From Ylistrum balloti (taxonomy: Eukaryota), in the NCBI RefSeq assembly GCF_031769215.1, contig NW_026781955.1, positions 248,001-312,000 on the forward strand: a stretch of DNA of 64,000 nt. Reading direction: 5' to 3'. Within the stretch, counting starts at the first letter, position 1, and the number at the start of each line of letters is the position of its first letter. The notes below the pieces were generated by a model that was not told the DNA's origin, made no database searches, and was given only the letters and a program-made list of their open reading frames with translations. A program made the position numbers and the translations under genes. Positions 23,701 through 35,311 of this stretch are shown here, one piece after another.

Positions 23701-26700
23701 GAGTGTGTAACTCTGGTAAATACTAGCTACAATATACCACACAGCTAGAAAGGACTTTTCTCAACTGTAGCTCAGTTGGTTCAGTGTCAGACTAGCTAGA
23801 ACCCATGGGTCCTGGGTTCGATCCCAAGCAGAGGCAAATGAATAACAACATTTGTTATATATATATGTTTGTATTTACACCTATCTTAGATACAAAAAAA
23901 ATACTTTGAAAGTTGTTTGAAAACTTGCTGGAAGTCACAAGTGATAATTCTATAGTAACAAAATATATATTCGATGGTAAACTGAGAGGAATTAAATAAT
24001 GGCAATAAAATTTGTTTGATGTAAAGATCATGGCACCTCAGAAGTCTGCGCAATCTAACGAAGTCTGTTTAAATTAAAGTCTGTAGACAGTACATTTTAT
24101 ATTCAGATATTATTATTTTTTTCTTGTGATATTTAGATGTTGAGAAAACCAACCCTACTGCATACAACATGTATGGCTTGCTATTGGAGCATCAAGGATT
24201 ATACAAGTTAGCTGCTCATTCTCTTTGTTCTGCTCTAGAGCTGTGTGATGACAGCACATCCCACAGACAGGAAATCAGGACCAACTATGCTCGCATTCTC
24301 TGGTGGGTGTCTGTAGTCTTAGAGATCAGAAAGCATCAGAATAAAAGTGAATGCATGACAAAAGTGTCTTTGTTGATTACTGTAAAATAATATATTTTGG
24401 GGGGTTTAACTTCCTATTTCTTTTTATGCCCCCGCCATTTATGGCCGGGGGCATATAGCGTTGCCCATGTCCGTCCGTCCCCTCCCAAATCAGTATATAC
24501 CACCTAACAACTTCATTCGGACCTTTCACTATTATTTCACATGGGGGGGGCGGGGGCATTCATGTCTTACAGACATTTTCTAGTTTTTTCATTATATTGT
24601 TGTCGCTTAATTTCATTAGATAAATAGAACTCAGAAAATCCACAAGACTATTTATTTTGTAATAAGTTATTCTGTAATAAGTCGTAAACGCCAACACATA
24701 ACTTTGTATTTTCAGCAAAAATCAACAGTATCAGGAAGCTGTAGCACAGTATGACCTTGTGGATGACCTTGTAACCTTGGAGGACTTGTGTAACAAAGGT
24801 TTAGCATTGCACAAGGCTGGGCGGTATGCAGACAGTATCCTAGGTAGATGTTTTATTAGAAACCTGACTTTAATTCTGATGGGAAATATTTTATCATTTA
24901 CTTTCTTTTTACATTCAAAGTTAATTTGTCACATTGAAAAAAGTGATATTATTTGAATCCTTATGACCCTCAAAATATATTATATTGAAAGATAGAGATA
25001 AGTTGCATGCATGTATTAAGTGATGAAACTTCTTTTTGGCCTGAAGTGTACTCCACTGCCCACACCCTTGCTGAAACAGAGGAAGAACAATCACAGGTGT
25101 CTGTTGCTATGGGAATGGTCCACTACACAGCTGGAGACCTTGAAACAACAAAGTCAATCCTCTTCCAAAGGTTTGTCAATGTTCTTATTGAGGAAAAAGG
25201 ATTCAGCGGAGATAATTGTTTTGATATCTCTCAAAATTTGGGAGAGAATATTAGTGTTACCTATTCTGTCTATTCTGTCTATTCTGTATTTATCTTTTTG
25301 ATTCCATTTTATATTTATTCTGTTACTGTTTCATCCAACAACATTGATGATGTCGACAAATTGTTTATGCCTTGGTATGAAGGTCACAGTGACCTATATT
25401 TTCTATATTTTTATATGATATGGACTGCATGATCAACTTCATTTTCATCAGAGGAGGAGTGGATGTGTAAGGCTGCTGTTCAGTCACTCTGCCTTTGGAT
25501 GTTTTTGTTATGCAATTTTGTTATATGTCTGACATTACAACTTCATGAATATGGATGATAATGTAGAAATTCATCTACTGTATGATTTCACAGTTCCCAG
25601 ATGACTCCACCCTCCAGAATGGGCCTTCTGGCTCTGTGCGCCCTGGGGATTTTACAGACAGACATAACCTTGACCTTGGCAGTCCTTCAGGAACTTTTGG
25701 CAGGAACAGGATCAACTAGTCAGTCTGACATTGCTCACCTGATGTCTACAGCTAATGCTGTTATTGAGGTAAAACTGTTAGTGTTTGACTAGTAATATGA
25801 TAAAATGTGTGTAAATCAGACTGGAACAAATATTTTAGTTTGGTATCATCACAATTTGATTTACATGATGTAATTATTTATCTGTAGGGTAATCCACAAG
25901 CAGCTAAAAACTTTGTCCAGCAGTGTGTTCATAAGTATCCTGACCAAGTGGATCTGTGGCGCCTTCTTGGGTCTGTCCTTATCACTCATTGTCGGAACAC
26001 CACAGCAGTGTCTGCTGCTACCAACTGTGTACAGATAGTCAACTCATTAGATCCAACATCACCTGTAAGTCAATGTCACCACACCCCTTAACTCAACAAT
26101 CCCTGTACATAAAGATCACCAGTCCCTTAACTCAACAATTCCTATACATTAAGGTAACCCTTCCCTTAACTCAACCATTCTTATACATTAAGGTCACCCT
26201 TCCCTTAACTCAACAATTTCTATACATTAAGGTCACACTTCCCTTAACTCAACAATTCTTATACATTAAGGTCACCCTTCCCTAAACTCAACAATTTCTA
26301 TACATTAAGGTCACCCTTCCCTTAACTCAACAATTCTTATACATTAAGGTCACCCTTCCCTTAACTCAACAATTCTTATACATTAAGGTCACCCTTCCCT
26401 TAACTCAACAATTCCTATACATTAAGGTCACCCTTCCCTAAACTCAACAATTTCTATACATTAAGGTCACACTTCCCTTAACTCAACAATTCTTATACAT
26501 TAAGGTCACCCTTCCCTAAACTCAACAATTTCTATACATTAAGGTCACCCTTCCCTTAACTCAACAATTCTTATACATTAAGGTCACCCTTCCCTTAACT
26601 CAACAATTCCTATACATTAAGGTCACCCTTCCCTAAACTCAACAATTTCTATACATTAAGGTCACACTTCCCTTAACTCAACAATTCTTATACATTAAGG

Positions 26701-29700
26701 TCACCCTTCCCTAAACTCAACAATTTCTATACATTAAGGTCACCCTTCCCTTAACTCAACAATTTCACCCTTCCCTATACTCAACAATTTCTATACATTA
26801 AGGTCACACTTCCCTTCAACTCAACAATCCCTAAACTCAACAATTTCTATACATTAAGGTCACACTTCCCTTAACTCAACAATTCTTATACATTAAGGTC
26901 ACCCTTCCCTAAACTCAACAATTTCTATACATTAAGGTCACCCTTCCCTTAACTCAACAATTCTTATACATTAAGGTCACCCTTCCCTTAACTCAACAAT
27001 TCCTATACATTAAGGTCACCCTTCCCTAAACTCAACAATTTCTATACATTAAGGTCACACTTCCCTTAACTCAACAATTCTTATACATTAAGGTCACCCT
27101 TCCCTTCCCTAAACTCAACAATTTCTATACATTAAGGTCACACTTCCCTTAACTCAACAATTCTTATACATTAAGGTCACCCTTCCCTAAACTCAACAAT
27201 TTCTATACATTAAGGTCACACTTCCCTAAACTCAACAATTTCTATACATTAAGGTCACACTTCCCTTAACTCAACAATTCTTATACATTAAGGTCAACCT
27301 TCCCTAAACTCAACAATTTCTATACATTAAGGTCACCCTTCCCTTAACTCAACAATTCTTATACATTAAGGTCACCCTTCCCTTAACTCAACAATTCCTA
27401 TACATTAAGGTCACTAAACTCAACAATTTCTATACATTAAGGTCACACTTCCCTTAACTCAACAATTCTTATACATTAAGGTCACCCTTCCCTAAACTCA
27501 ACAACTACAACAATTCAACAATTTCTATACATTAAGGTACAGGTCACACTTCCCTTCAACAATTTCTATACATTAAGGTCACCCTTCCCTTAACTCAACA
27601 ATTCTTATACATTAAGGTCACCCTTCCCTTAACTCAACAATTTTTATACATTAAGGTCACCCTTCCCTTAACTCAACAATTTCTATACATTAAGGTCACC
27701 CTTCCCTTAACTCAACAATTCTTATACATTAAGGTCACCCTTCCCTTAACTCAACAATTCCTATACATTAAGGTCACCCTTCCCTAAACTCAACAATTTC
27801 TATACATTAAGGTCACACTTCCCTTAACTCAACAATTCTTATACATTAAGGTCACCCTTCCCTAAACTCAACAATTTCTATACATTAAGGTCACACTTCC
27901 CTTAACTCAACAATTCTTATACATTAAGGTCACCCTTCCCTTAACTCAACAATTCCTATACATTAAGGTCACCCTTCCCTTAACTCAACAATTCTTATAC
28001 ATTAAGGTCACCCTTCCCTTAACTCAACAATTCCTATACATTAAGGTCACCCTTCCCTAAACTCAACAATTCCTATACATTAAGGTCACCCTTCCCTTAA
28101 CTCAACAATTCTTATACATTAAGGTCACCCTTCCCTTAACTCAACAATTCCTGTACGTTAAGGATACCACTCCCTTAACTCAACAATTCTTGTCTGTTAA
28201 GGTCACCACTCCCTTAACTCAACAATTACTGTACATTAATGTCACCACATCCTTAACTCAACAATTCCTGTATGTTAAGGTCACCACTCCGTTAACTCAA
28301 TCTTAACTCAACCATTCCTGTATGTAAAGGTCACCACTCCCTTAACTCAACTTTACCTATAAGACAAAGTCACCATTCTCTTAACTCTTTACGTGTAAGT
28401 CAAGACCTCACCCTTCACTCAACTTCAATTTAATTTAGTCCACTGTAATTTTGCTGTTGTTTAGGATATGATTATATGGTTATGTAAGTGATGATAATTA
28501 CCATCTAAATAACACAACTTCTTTGTAAATTTGATCACTCTATGTTCCTGACATGATGTAATTTGCCATGTTGTTGTAATGTTTCTTTTTAATCATACCC
28601 TATATTTTTTTGCCAAATTTTGTTAAGTTTTAAATTTTGAACAGATTTTTTATTCTGTTTTCAGGATATAATGAAGCTGGTGACCAGTGGTCAGTTAGCT
28701 GGTGGACAGCACAGTCGGACCAAAAGAAATGGGATATTGTCCAGTGCCCAGAGAGCAGTACATCTGAATCCAGGTACAGTTGTAAAAACAGGGGTATATC
28801 TTATTCCTATTACTACCAGTTTGAGTTGGCTCAAGTAGAGGCCAATTTGGTTTGAAGTTTTATATGACTGGCAATAGAAATTGATACTTGTTCAAATAGG
28901 TTGCATTTGATTATAATTAAGAACATTTTGAAGTAGTTTTTGTCACCCAGCTTTCACATTCTGATGGAAATTTTGACTAACTAGTATAGGATAAAGTAAC
29001 ATTAAAGGTTATGATCAGTGTCACCGTTATTAATAGATGATAAAATGTGAGATCTTTCTACCAGTTAATAGGATCTTGCTTAAATTCATATATCTGACCT
29101 TTAAAAATTGGTTAAATAAGTAATTGAAAATTATTACAACAATATGGATTTCTCATTACAGCCCAGATGGAGAACTGGTGTAACTTGACAGCAGCTCTCC
29201 ATAGTCACTCTGTGTTCCACGATGACAAGGTTGACAAACTCAGTAAACTTACCCTCCTTTACCTCAACTGGATCTCGTCAACATTCACAGGTATAAAAGT
29301 TCTAACATGAAACTTGATTTATGTACCACTGTTTTTATGGAGGGGATTTATAGTGTTACCTATATCAGTCCATCATTCCCTGCTGCATCCCATGTTCCGA
29401 GTTAATGTTATATCTTGAAAACCTCCAGCAAAATTCGGTTCATATTTACCCTACAGAATAATAACATCAAGGTTTACCCCTTATAATCATATTCTTGGCT
29501 TCTTTATAGAATTGGGAACAATTATGTCTTATAGACATTTTCTAGTTTTATGTATTATTGACTGAATGATATATATATAATCAACATTATAATTACATTT
29601 AACTATCAATAACATTTTCTAGCATATGATAAGTTTATGCAAAGAGGAAGTTTTTTTATTTTTTTTTTTTTTCTAAACTTTTCAAAATACCAGTTAACTC

Positions 29701-32700
29701 AAAATAATTTATGTCTCTTTACCATTATTAACGTTGTTATCTCCCTTTATGTTCCTCACTTTGTTATGTCATATTGTTGTACCCAAAACATTAAAAACAG
29801 TTGCAACTCGGCTTGAAAGTGATAGCTGAACTAAATGTATTTGCTGTTAGGATTTTATATTTCTACATATTTAGATAATGCACAAAGTCTTTTTTTACTT
29901 GATTGAACATTAAACTGTGTTGTATGTTAAAAAACCTGATACTTACAAGCTTGAAGATTAGATTTCAAAACAAAGATTACCTTTACTTATGGAAAGGTAT
30001 TATTGATAAAAAATCATGATATCAAAATACGTCTTTAAAGATTGAAAAAAAAATGTTTCTTAAAATAGCACTTGGAATTTTTTTTTTGTTTTCATCAGAA
30101 GCTCCAAGCTCATTGACTTGTTGGTGTAAAAGACAGAAAGTTGTTTCCCTTGTTGGGTCTGGAAGAGTTGATGAAGCAGCAGACTTACTTTGCCAGGTGA
30201 GTTCTGTGATATCTATATGATATGTATATGTGTATTTCATATCTGGATCTGGTTTATGTTGTGTAAGGCAAGCACTGCTTATGTAAATTAATGGCCAATG
30301 AATACACAATCACACTTATTATCGACAGTCATTTTGTGCACAACATTATAAAGTAAGGGGGAGCCGAACAGTGTTACCTATGTCTGTCCTGTCTCATTCA
30401 GAATCAATGTCATATTTTGAGAAAATTTCAACAAATTTGGTTAATATTTCCCCCGTTTTATCATAACATCTCCTTCTATACCTTACCGTATTAAGCTAGT
30501 TTGAAATCTTCTTTAAATGCAACACTGCTTATATGCACAAAAGGAGGAGCATTTGTGTGATACAGTATTTTCTAAATGTTTTTTTTTTTTTTTTTTGGAA
30601 ACTGAAGTTTTTGTAAAAGTATGAAAACTGAGATACTTCCCATCAAATCTGATTGGTACATAAAGTATGTGTATTGTATGTACATTATGTAGGAAAAGTA
30701 GTCCGCTGAAATTTTACATACAAAATTTTATGTAATATGAAGGAGATGAAGAATTGAACTCTGAGTCACAATTTTTAAGAAATTAAAAAAGTTATTGGTG
30801 AATTATGGTGTAACAGGAAATCAATTGATATTCAGTTAAAGAATTGTGAAGATCAGGATCTGGTGGATTTTGCTTTGATCATGGAAACGGTAATAAATGG
30901 AGACATAGGGGCCATGTCAGAACATCTGCTGCAGTCACGAGATAACACCTTTCTTCTTGAGGCTTTGTTGGAGACGTGTGAACAGGAAGGAGTCACAGTA
31001 AACCTGAATGATATCTTGGGCGAGGAGGATCAGAAGGACAGCGGGTGAGGAAAGACAATGGTGTAGATAATATATATCTGTCACTTTAATTGACAGAAAC
31101 ATACACATGGAGTAGTGTCAACGGAAAACACCACTAGGAGCACACATTAAAGTGACAAGCTGATCTTAACACTAAACCGTGACACTTGATTTTTTATTTA
31201 CTGGTATTGTCTCTGTTGTGATAAAGAATAATTAAGATTTTGAATTTTCTGACCATATGTAAAGTTGTTTTTGTTTCTTTGTTTATTATATATTTCACAG
31301 ACATTTCTGACTTCCTATTTTCAGAAGGAGAATTGACTTTGTGTGTAAAGTACTACATGTATATTACATGTACAAGCAGGCAAAGGTAACTATGTCTATT
31401 ATTGTAACCATCAGTAAGTGATTAAGAGTGCCTACAATAAATTTATCACTATTCTGGAGAAAGGCTGATATACATGATTTAATGTCCTTAATATGTATAC
31501 ACTGCTCTCTCTTACATACTTACAGATGGTATTGTCTCACACTGTACACCTTCATACCCTCTCCATTATACCCTCCCCATTATACCCTCTCCTCATTATA
31601 CCCTCTCTCCATTATACCCTCTCCATTATACCCTCCCCATTATACCCTCCCCATTATACCCTCCCCATTATACCCTCTCCATTATACCCTCTCCATTATA
31701 CCCTCCCCATTATACCCTCTCCATTATACCCTCTCCATTATACCCTCCCCATTATACCCTCTCCTCATTATACCCTCTCTCCATTATACCTTCTCCATTA
31801 TACCCTCCCCAATATACCCTCCCCATTATACCCTCTCCTCATTATACCCTCTCCTCATTATACCCTCTCAATTATTCCCTCCCCATTATACCCTCTCCAT
31901 TATACCCTCCCCATTATACCCTCTCCATTATACCCTCCCCATTATACCTTCCCCATTATACCCTCCCCATTATACCCTCTCCTCATTATACCCTCTCTCC
32001 ATTATACCCTCCCCATTATACCCTCCCCATTATACCCTCCCCATTATACCCTCCCCATTATACCCTCTCTCCTCATTATACCCTCTCTCCATTATACCCT
32101 CCCAATTATACCCTCCCCATTATACCCTCTCTCCATTATACCCTCCTCATGACCCACATCCTCTCCTGGATACATCTTTATTTTATTGTCTTATGGTGGA
32201 AGATAATGAAAATACCATAATCCATTTCAGAAACACTAATTTGTTTTATCAAGGGAAGACAGTGTGTATATAGGTGTCTATATTCTCACAATTAGAGGAG
32301 ATTATCAGACAATCATTGTCACAAGTGTGTGTAAGATGTAAATTAGTTGTTTTGAGGAAATTTTGGTGTATTATTGTCAAAACTTCATTCACAATCACAA
32401 TGTCTTGTCCTTGATTTTGTCATCATAAGAATGAGGATGTTTCTGTGTTATGGTTCTCTGTAACTTTGTCCACAACTGATATCACAACTTTTATCTTCAA
32501 ATAGAGGACTGGTCTACAGGATAACAAAGATTTTGAGGAGACATTGAAGAAGGCCGTGACAGAAGTACAAATGTTAGACTCCCACTGTCTCCCAGTAATG
32601 TTGATCCTTGCAGCAGCCAATTTGACAATCAATCCCAGGTACATAAATGTTTCCATGACTACACAGCTGTCCAGGCTCCACATAAAGGGCTGGTTTGGAC

Positions 32701-35311
32701 AGTTGACACCATTTAATGGTTACTTTTGTTCTGCTGTAGTAAAAGCCAACTCACTTTGGTAGCTTCTAGTGAACATATTAAGTGAAACCAGAAGCTTTGT
32801 CTAGACAGCGATAGTTCAATAAAATGGTCTACTTTGGTTGATGTTTAACCTCTAAATGCATTATCATTATTCTAAAACAGAGCAATGATTGGTTGATGTT
32901 TAACCTCTTGATGCATTATCATTATTCTGAAACAGAGCAATGATTGGTTGATGTTTAACCTCTTCATGCATTATCATTATTCTAAAACAGAGCAATGATT
33001 GGTTGATGTTTAACCTCTTCATGCATTATCATTATTCTAAAACAGAGCAGTGATTGGTTGATGTTTAACCTCTTCATGCATTATCATTATTCTAAAACAG
33101 AGCAATGATTGGTTGATGTTTAACCTCTTCATGCATTATCATTATTCTAAAACAGAGCAATGATTGGTTGATGTTTAACCTCTTCATGCATTATCATTAT
33201 TCTAAAACAGAGCAGTGATTGGTTGATGTTTAACCTCTTCATGCATTATCATTATTCTAAAACAGAGCAGTGATTGGTTAGTGTTTAACATCTGTACATG
33301 CATATTACTTTAAAACATGGCAGTGATTGGTCGGTCTTTGTCGGCATATGTAAAGACAATAGATTGAACAGTCTAAGTATAGTAAATGGTGTATGACCCA
33401 ACTCTCTGGTTCTTGTCTGATATTGAAATAAAAGAGTTTTATAGATAGACCTTTGCACTACATGATTTTTTAAAGATACATTACGGTAGTATGAAAACTC
33501 TGACTTCATGACAAAAATGTAAAGACTCCCAACATGACACTGACTGATGTTCTACCACCAGAGTGTTTAATACCAATATATTTTTGTGTTGCATTTTGAA
33601 TGTTTAAAAATCATCCCTAAGTAAGAAGACTTTGTGATTTTAGGCTTACCAAGCACTGTGTAGTGAAAGTAAGCGAGGGAAGACATCTACAAATAGATAA
33701 AGGTGATGAAGTCTCCATAGCAAGATGTCTTCTCATCAAACTCATATACAACCCTAGCAAAGAGTCAGAAGCACTCAAGGTAGGTACAGTATATTGATGT
33801 GTATATTGAAGTAAGCCCTTGAAAAAGCAGTAAATAACAACAATTGAATTCCATCTGCAGTCATATGTTGCTATACCCTGATATCAGTCAGATAACCTTG
33901 ACAAATGTATGTAAATTGTATTAACAAATAGAGAGAACTGTAGTTACTTAATTAAAATATTTTTAATTGGTAAATTTATAATGGGAAGTCTGGAGCGATA
34001 TTTAGAATAGATTATGATCATATTTTACCTTACATGTCAGAAATGCATTGAAATAAAGAATTTTGATTATTAGAATACTGGACTTTAAATCCTAAGTGTC
34101 TGTTATTATGTCTCCTCTTCAAAAGGGAGGAGACATGGTGTTTTAATACAACTTCTTCTGGTCTTCCTCTGGCTCTTCCAATAATTTCTTGTGGAGGCAA
34201 TGAATTTCTACCCATTTAAAGATATCTTAATAAAAGATGGTGTTTGCCTGTATCACCTAAAACTAAAGTGCAGTACACTATTGCTAGGCCACTGAGATCT
34301 TATTTATACAGGAAATGACCCAACTTAAAGCCCTGTCTAACTCCAGCCGAAATATTATATTCTTTTTAGGAATTTTACTTGCTTTGCAATGTAGATACAC
34401 AATGCTTTATGTAACTGCTACACGATTTACATTATGTTGTTGGTAAGCAATGTAATTAAAAAGTCCTTGTTTGCTACACAATCATTTAATTAAAAAAGTC
34501 CACCACAAATATATAACAAATATTGTTTTTCTTTAAGATGCATCTACATTATCAGACCAATATTTTTGATAAAAATGATTGATTAGTACTTTTTTACATT
34601 CTGTATGTATTTAATGACATTTTAACCAGTAATCTTATTACATATAAATAGATATATACACTTGGTGATGGTGGACAAGTCACAACACCTGTTCCTCAAA
34701 TATGTACAAATTGTAATGAATATTTGACATTCTGCTAGCTCTTAGTCTTGTTTTTCAATATTTTTAACCAGTTCTGATGAAGAACCATACTATCATTATA
34801 TGTGTAATACTTGCTATGTTTAGTATATACACTTGTCTGTACTGTACCTACCAAAGTTACCAACATCATTAACAGTAACGCAATGTCAAATAAAATTGAT
34901 AACATTAATAGTAATTTTTTTGCCAAACCCATCCTACTACTAAAGCAGCTACCAGCAGATTTACATATTTGCTTGAAAGGCAAGACATGTTTTTGACACA
35001 ACTCAGAAATTGCTCAATAAAATTTCTCCTATAAAATGTGTTTGGACATGAAATTTTCGTAGAAGAAAAATTATATTAATTAGTATTTATTTGAAAAGAA
35101 TCTCATTTTACCTCATGTCTGATAAATGGTGAACAAACAGTTATTAACATCAGTATATTTAATAAGTGGACAACAGTACTTAAAATACATGATTCTTTAT
35201 GCATACTGCATTGTTTTATTTGTTTTTTTGTAGAAACTTTTGACAGAAGCAGAAGTGGAAGGAGATGTTGCTGCTCTCAATTTCTACCGTTTTCTCTCTA
35301 GCAGCAAGTGA
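5776..35311 (+). CDS. SKIC3: Superkiller complex protein 3 (SKI3/TTC37, TPR scaffold of the SKI complex); 39 coding exons, 4611 nt, about 1536 aa
   Basis: N-terminus [30 protein letters not shown], plus [67 protein letters not shown] and AMDLFRH, all match TTC37 as recalled. GT-AG exons with consistent phases: 5776-5865, 6427-6662, 7001-7073, 7972-8097, 8711-8809, 9098-9209, 9455-9589, 10590-10691, 11412-11554, 11791-11868, 12005-12090, 12252-12384, 13013-13192, 15665-15717, 16026-16133, 16530-16614, 17212-17243, 17678-17778, 18608-18710, 19148-19339, 20202-20416, 21109-21170, 21725-21781, 21908-21976, 22339-22413, 23193-23334, 24137-24302, 24716-24843, 25047-25170, 25594-25768, 25888-26064, 28665-28773, 29162-29290, 30099-30196, 30836-31044, 31325-31385, 32505-32638, 33644-33779, 35234-35311 (TGA). 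Exons 35-36 are the least certain. An acceptor at 5744 implies an upstream UTR exon. Confidence 0.95.
6100..6310 (+). mobile_element. Degenerate CORE-type tRNA-derived SINE
   Basis: gtatccttgggcaagacactttaccctaattgct (6241-6274) resembles the CORE domain (CCTTGGGCAAGxCACTT). A decayed tRNA-like head lies upstream. Confidence 0.5.
8994..9079. repeat. 22-bp tandem repeat x4
   Basis: agaaaattgttaataaaattat at 8994, 9016, 9038 and 9060, just before the exon 6 acceptor. Confidence 0.9.
9947..10465. repeat. 52-bp minisatellite, about 10 copies
   Basis: Unit acattttacagtgtatgatgtgatttcta(c/t)ctaaaagttcatttcccttcga. The last copies are partially deleted. Confidence 0.95.
14545..15560. repeat. 29-bp minisatellite with a 202-bp (7-mer) higher-order repeat
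   Basis: Unit ggaaggtttcctgtgggacagtctgtttt. The variant tgtgggaaag recurs at 15121 and 15323. Flanks are degenerate. Confidence 0.95.
16530..16838 (+). repeat. Tandem triplication of SKIC3 coding exon 16 (112-bp period)
   Basis: 85-nt exon at 16530-16614, identical copy at 16642-16726, diverged copy at 16754-16838 (14 differences). Each copy is preceded by AG and followed by GT. Confidence 0.95.
18310..18467. repeat. 26-bp tandem repeat, about 6 copies
   Basis: Unit tgacatactcaaaattacaacttaat. Confidence 0.9.
19620..19960. repeat. 40-bp G-rich minisatellite, about 8 copies, derived from the exon 20/intron junction
   Basis: Unit gtagatcagagccaacacatcccctggggatgggggctag. It shares 21/23 nt with the exon end and donor ccctggagttgggggctag|gtag. 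Confidence 0.9.
21403..21551. repeat. 75-bp direct duplication
   Basis: gagatttagtaccact...ctacaaaacctaaacag starting at 21403 and 21478. Confidence 0.85.
23450..23850 (+). mobile_element. Tandem pair of tRNA-derived SINE-like heads (about 255-bp period)
   Basis: Copy 2 has A-box tagctcagttgg (23768) and B-box gggttcgatccc (23814). Copy 1 is decayed (tagctcgatcag, gggtttgaatcc). Both are preceded by ctggtaaatactag..acaatatacc. The acceptor stem does not pair. Confidence 0.6.
24421..24583 (+). mobile_element. Short non-autonomous Helentron-associated (HINE-like) element
   Basis: T-run, 5' hairpin tgccccc...gggggca, GTCC microsatellite, 3' gggggcatt subterminal repeat and tgtcttacagacattttctagtt end, in a T-rich insertion context. 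Confidence 0.65.
26061..28430. repeat. 39-bp satellite, about 60 copies, filling SKIC3 intron 31
   Basis: Unit ttaactcaacaattcttatacattaaggtcacccttccc with alternating variants (taaactcaacaatttcta, gtcacactt). Homogeneous core with diverged edge units. Confidence 0.97.
29332..29546 (+). mobile_element. Degenerate HINE-like element of the same family as 24421-24583
   Basis: Starts tttttatgg..gggg..tatagtgttacc and ends tgtcttatagacattttctagttt, the same 3' end as the 24421 copy. Confidence 0.5.
31552..32148. repeat. About 15-bp C-rich minisatellite, about 40 copies
   Basis: Unit cattataccctcccc / cattataccctctc(c). The + strand has no G through the array. Confidence 0.95.
32835..33330. repeat. 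55-bp minisatellite, about 9 copies
   Basis: Unit tggttgatgtttaacctcttcatgcattatcattattctaaaacagagca(a/g)tgat at 32835, 32890 and onward. Confidence 0.95.

Noticed and set aside
23761-23835. Functional tRNA gene
   Set aside because: A and B boxes are present, but the acceptor stem (tcaactg vs aagcaga) and anticodon arm do not pair. Treated as SINE-like.
25956-26285. 109-aa ORF with [13 protein letters not shown] repeats
   Set aside because: It is an out-of-frame read of exon 31 running into the 39-bp satellite.
31428-32273. 281-aa and 219-aa Pro/Tyr/Leu-rich ORFs
   Set aside because: The G-free 15-bp repeat contains no TAA, TAG or TGA in these frames. It is intronic and has no splice support.
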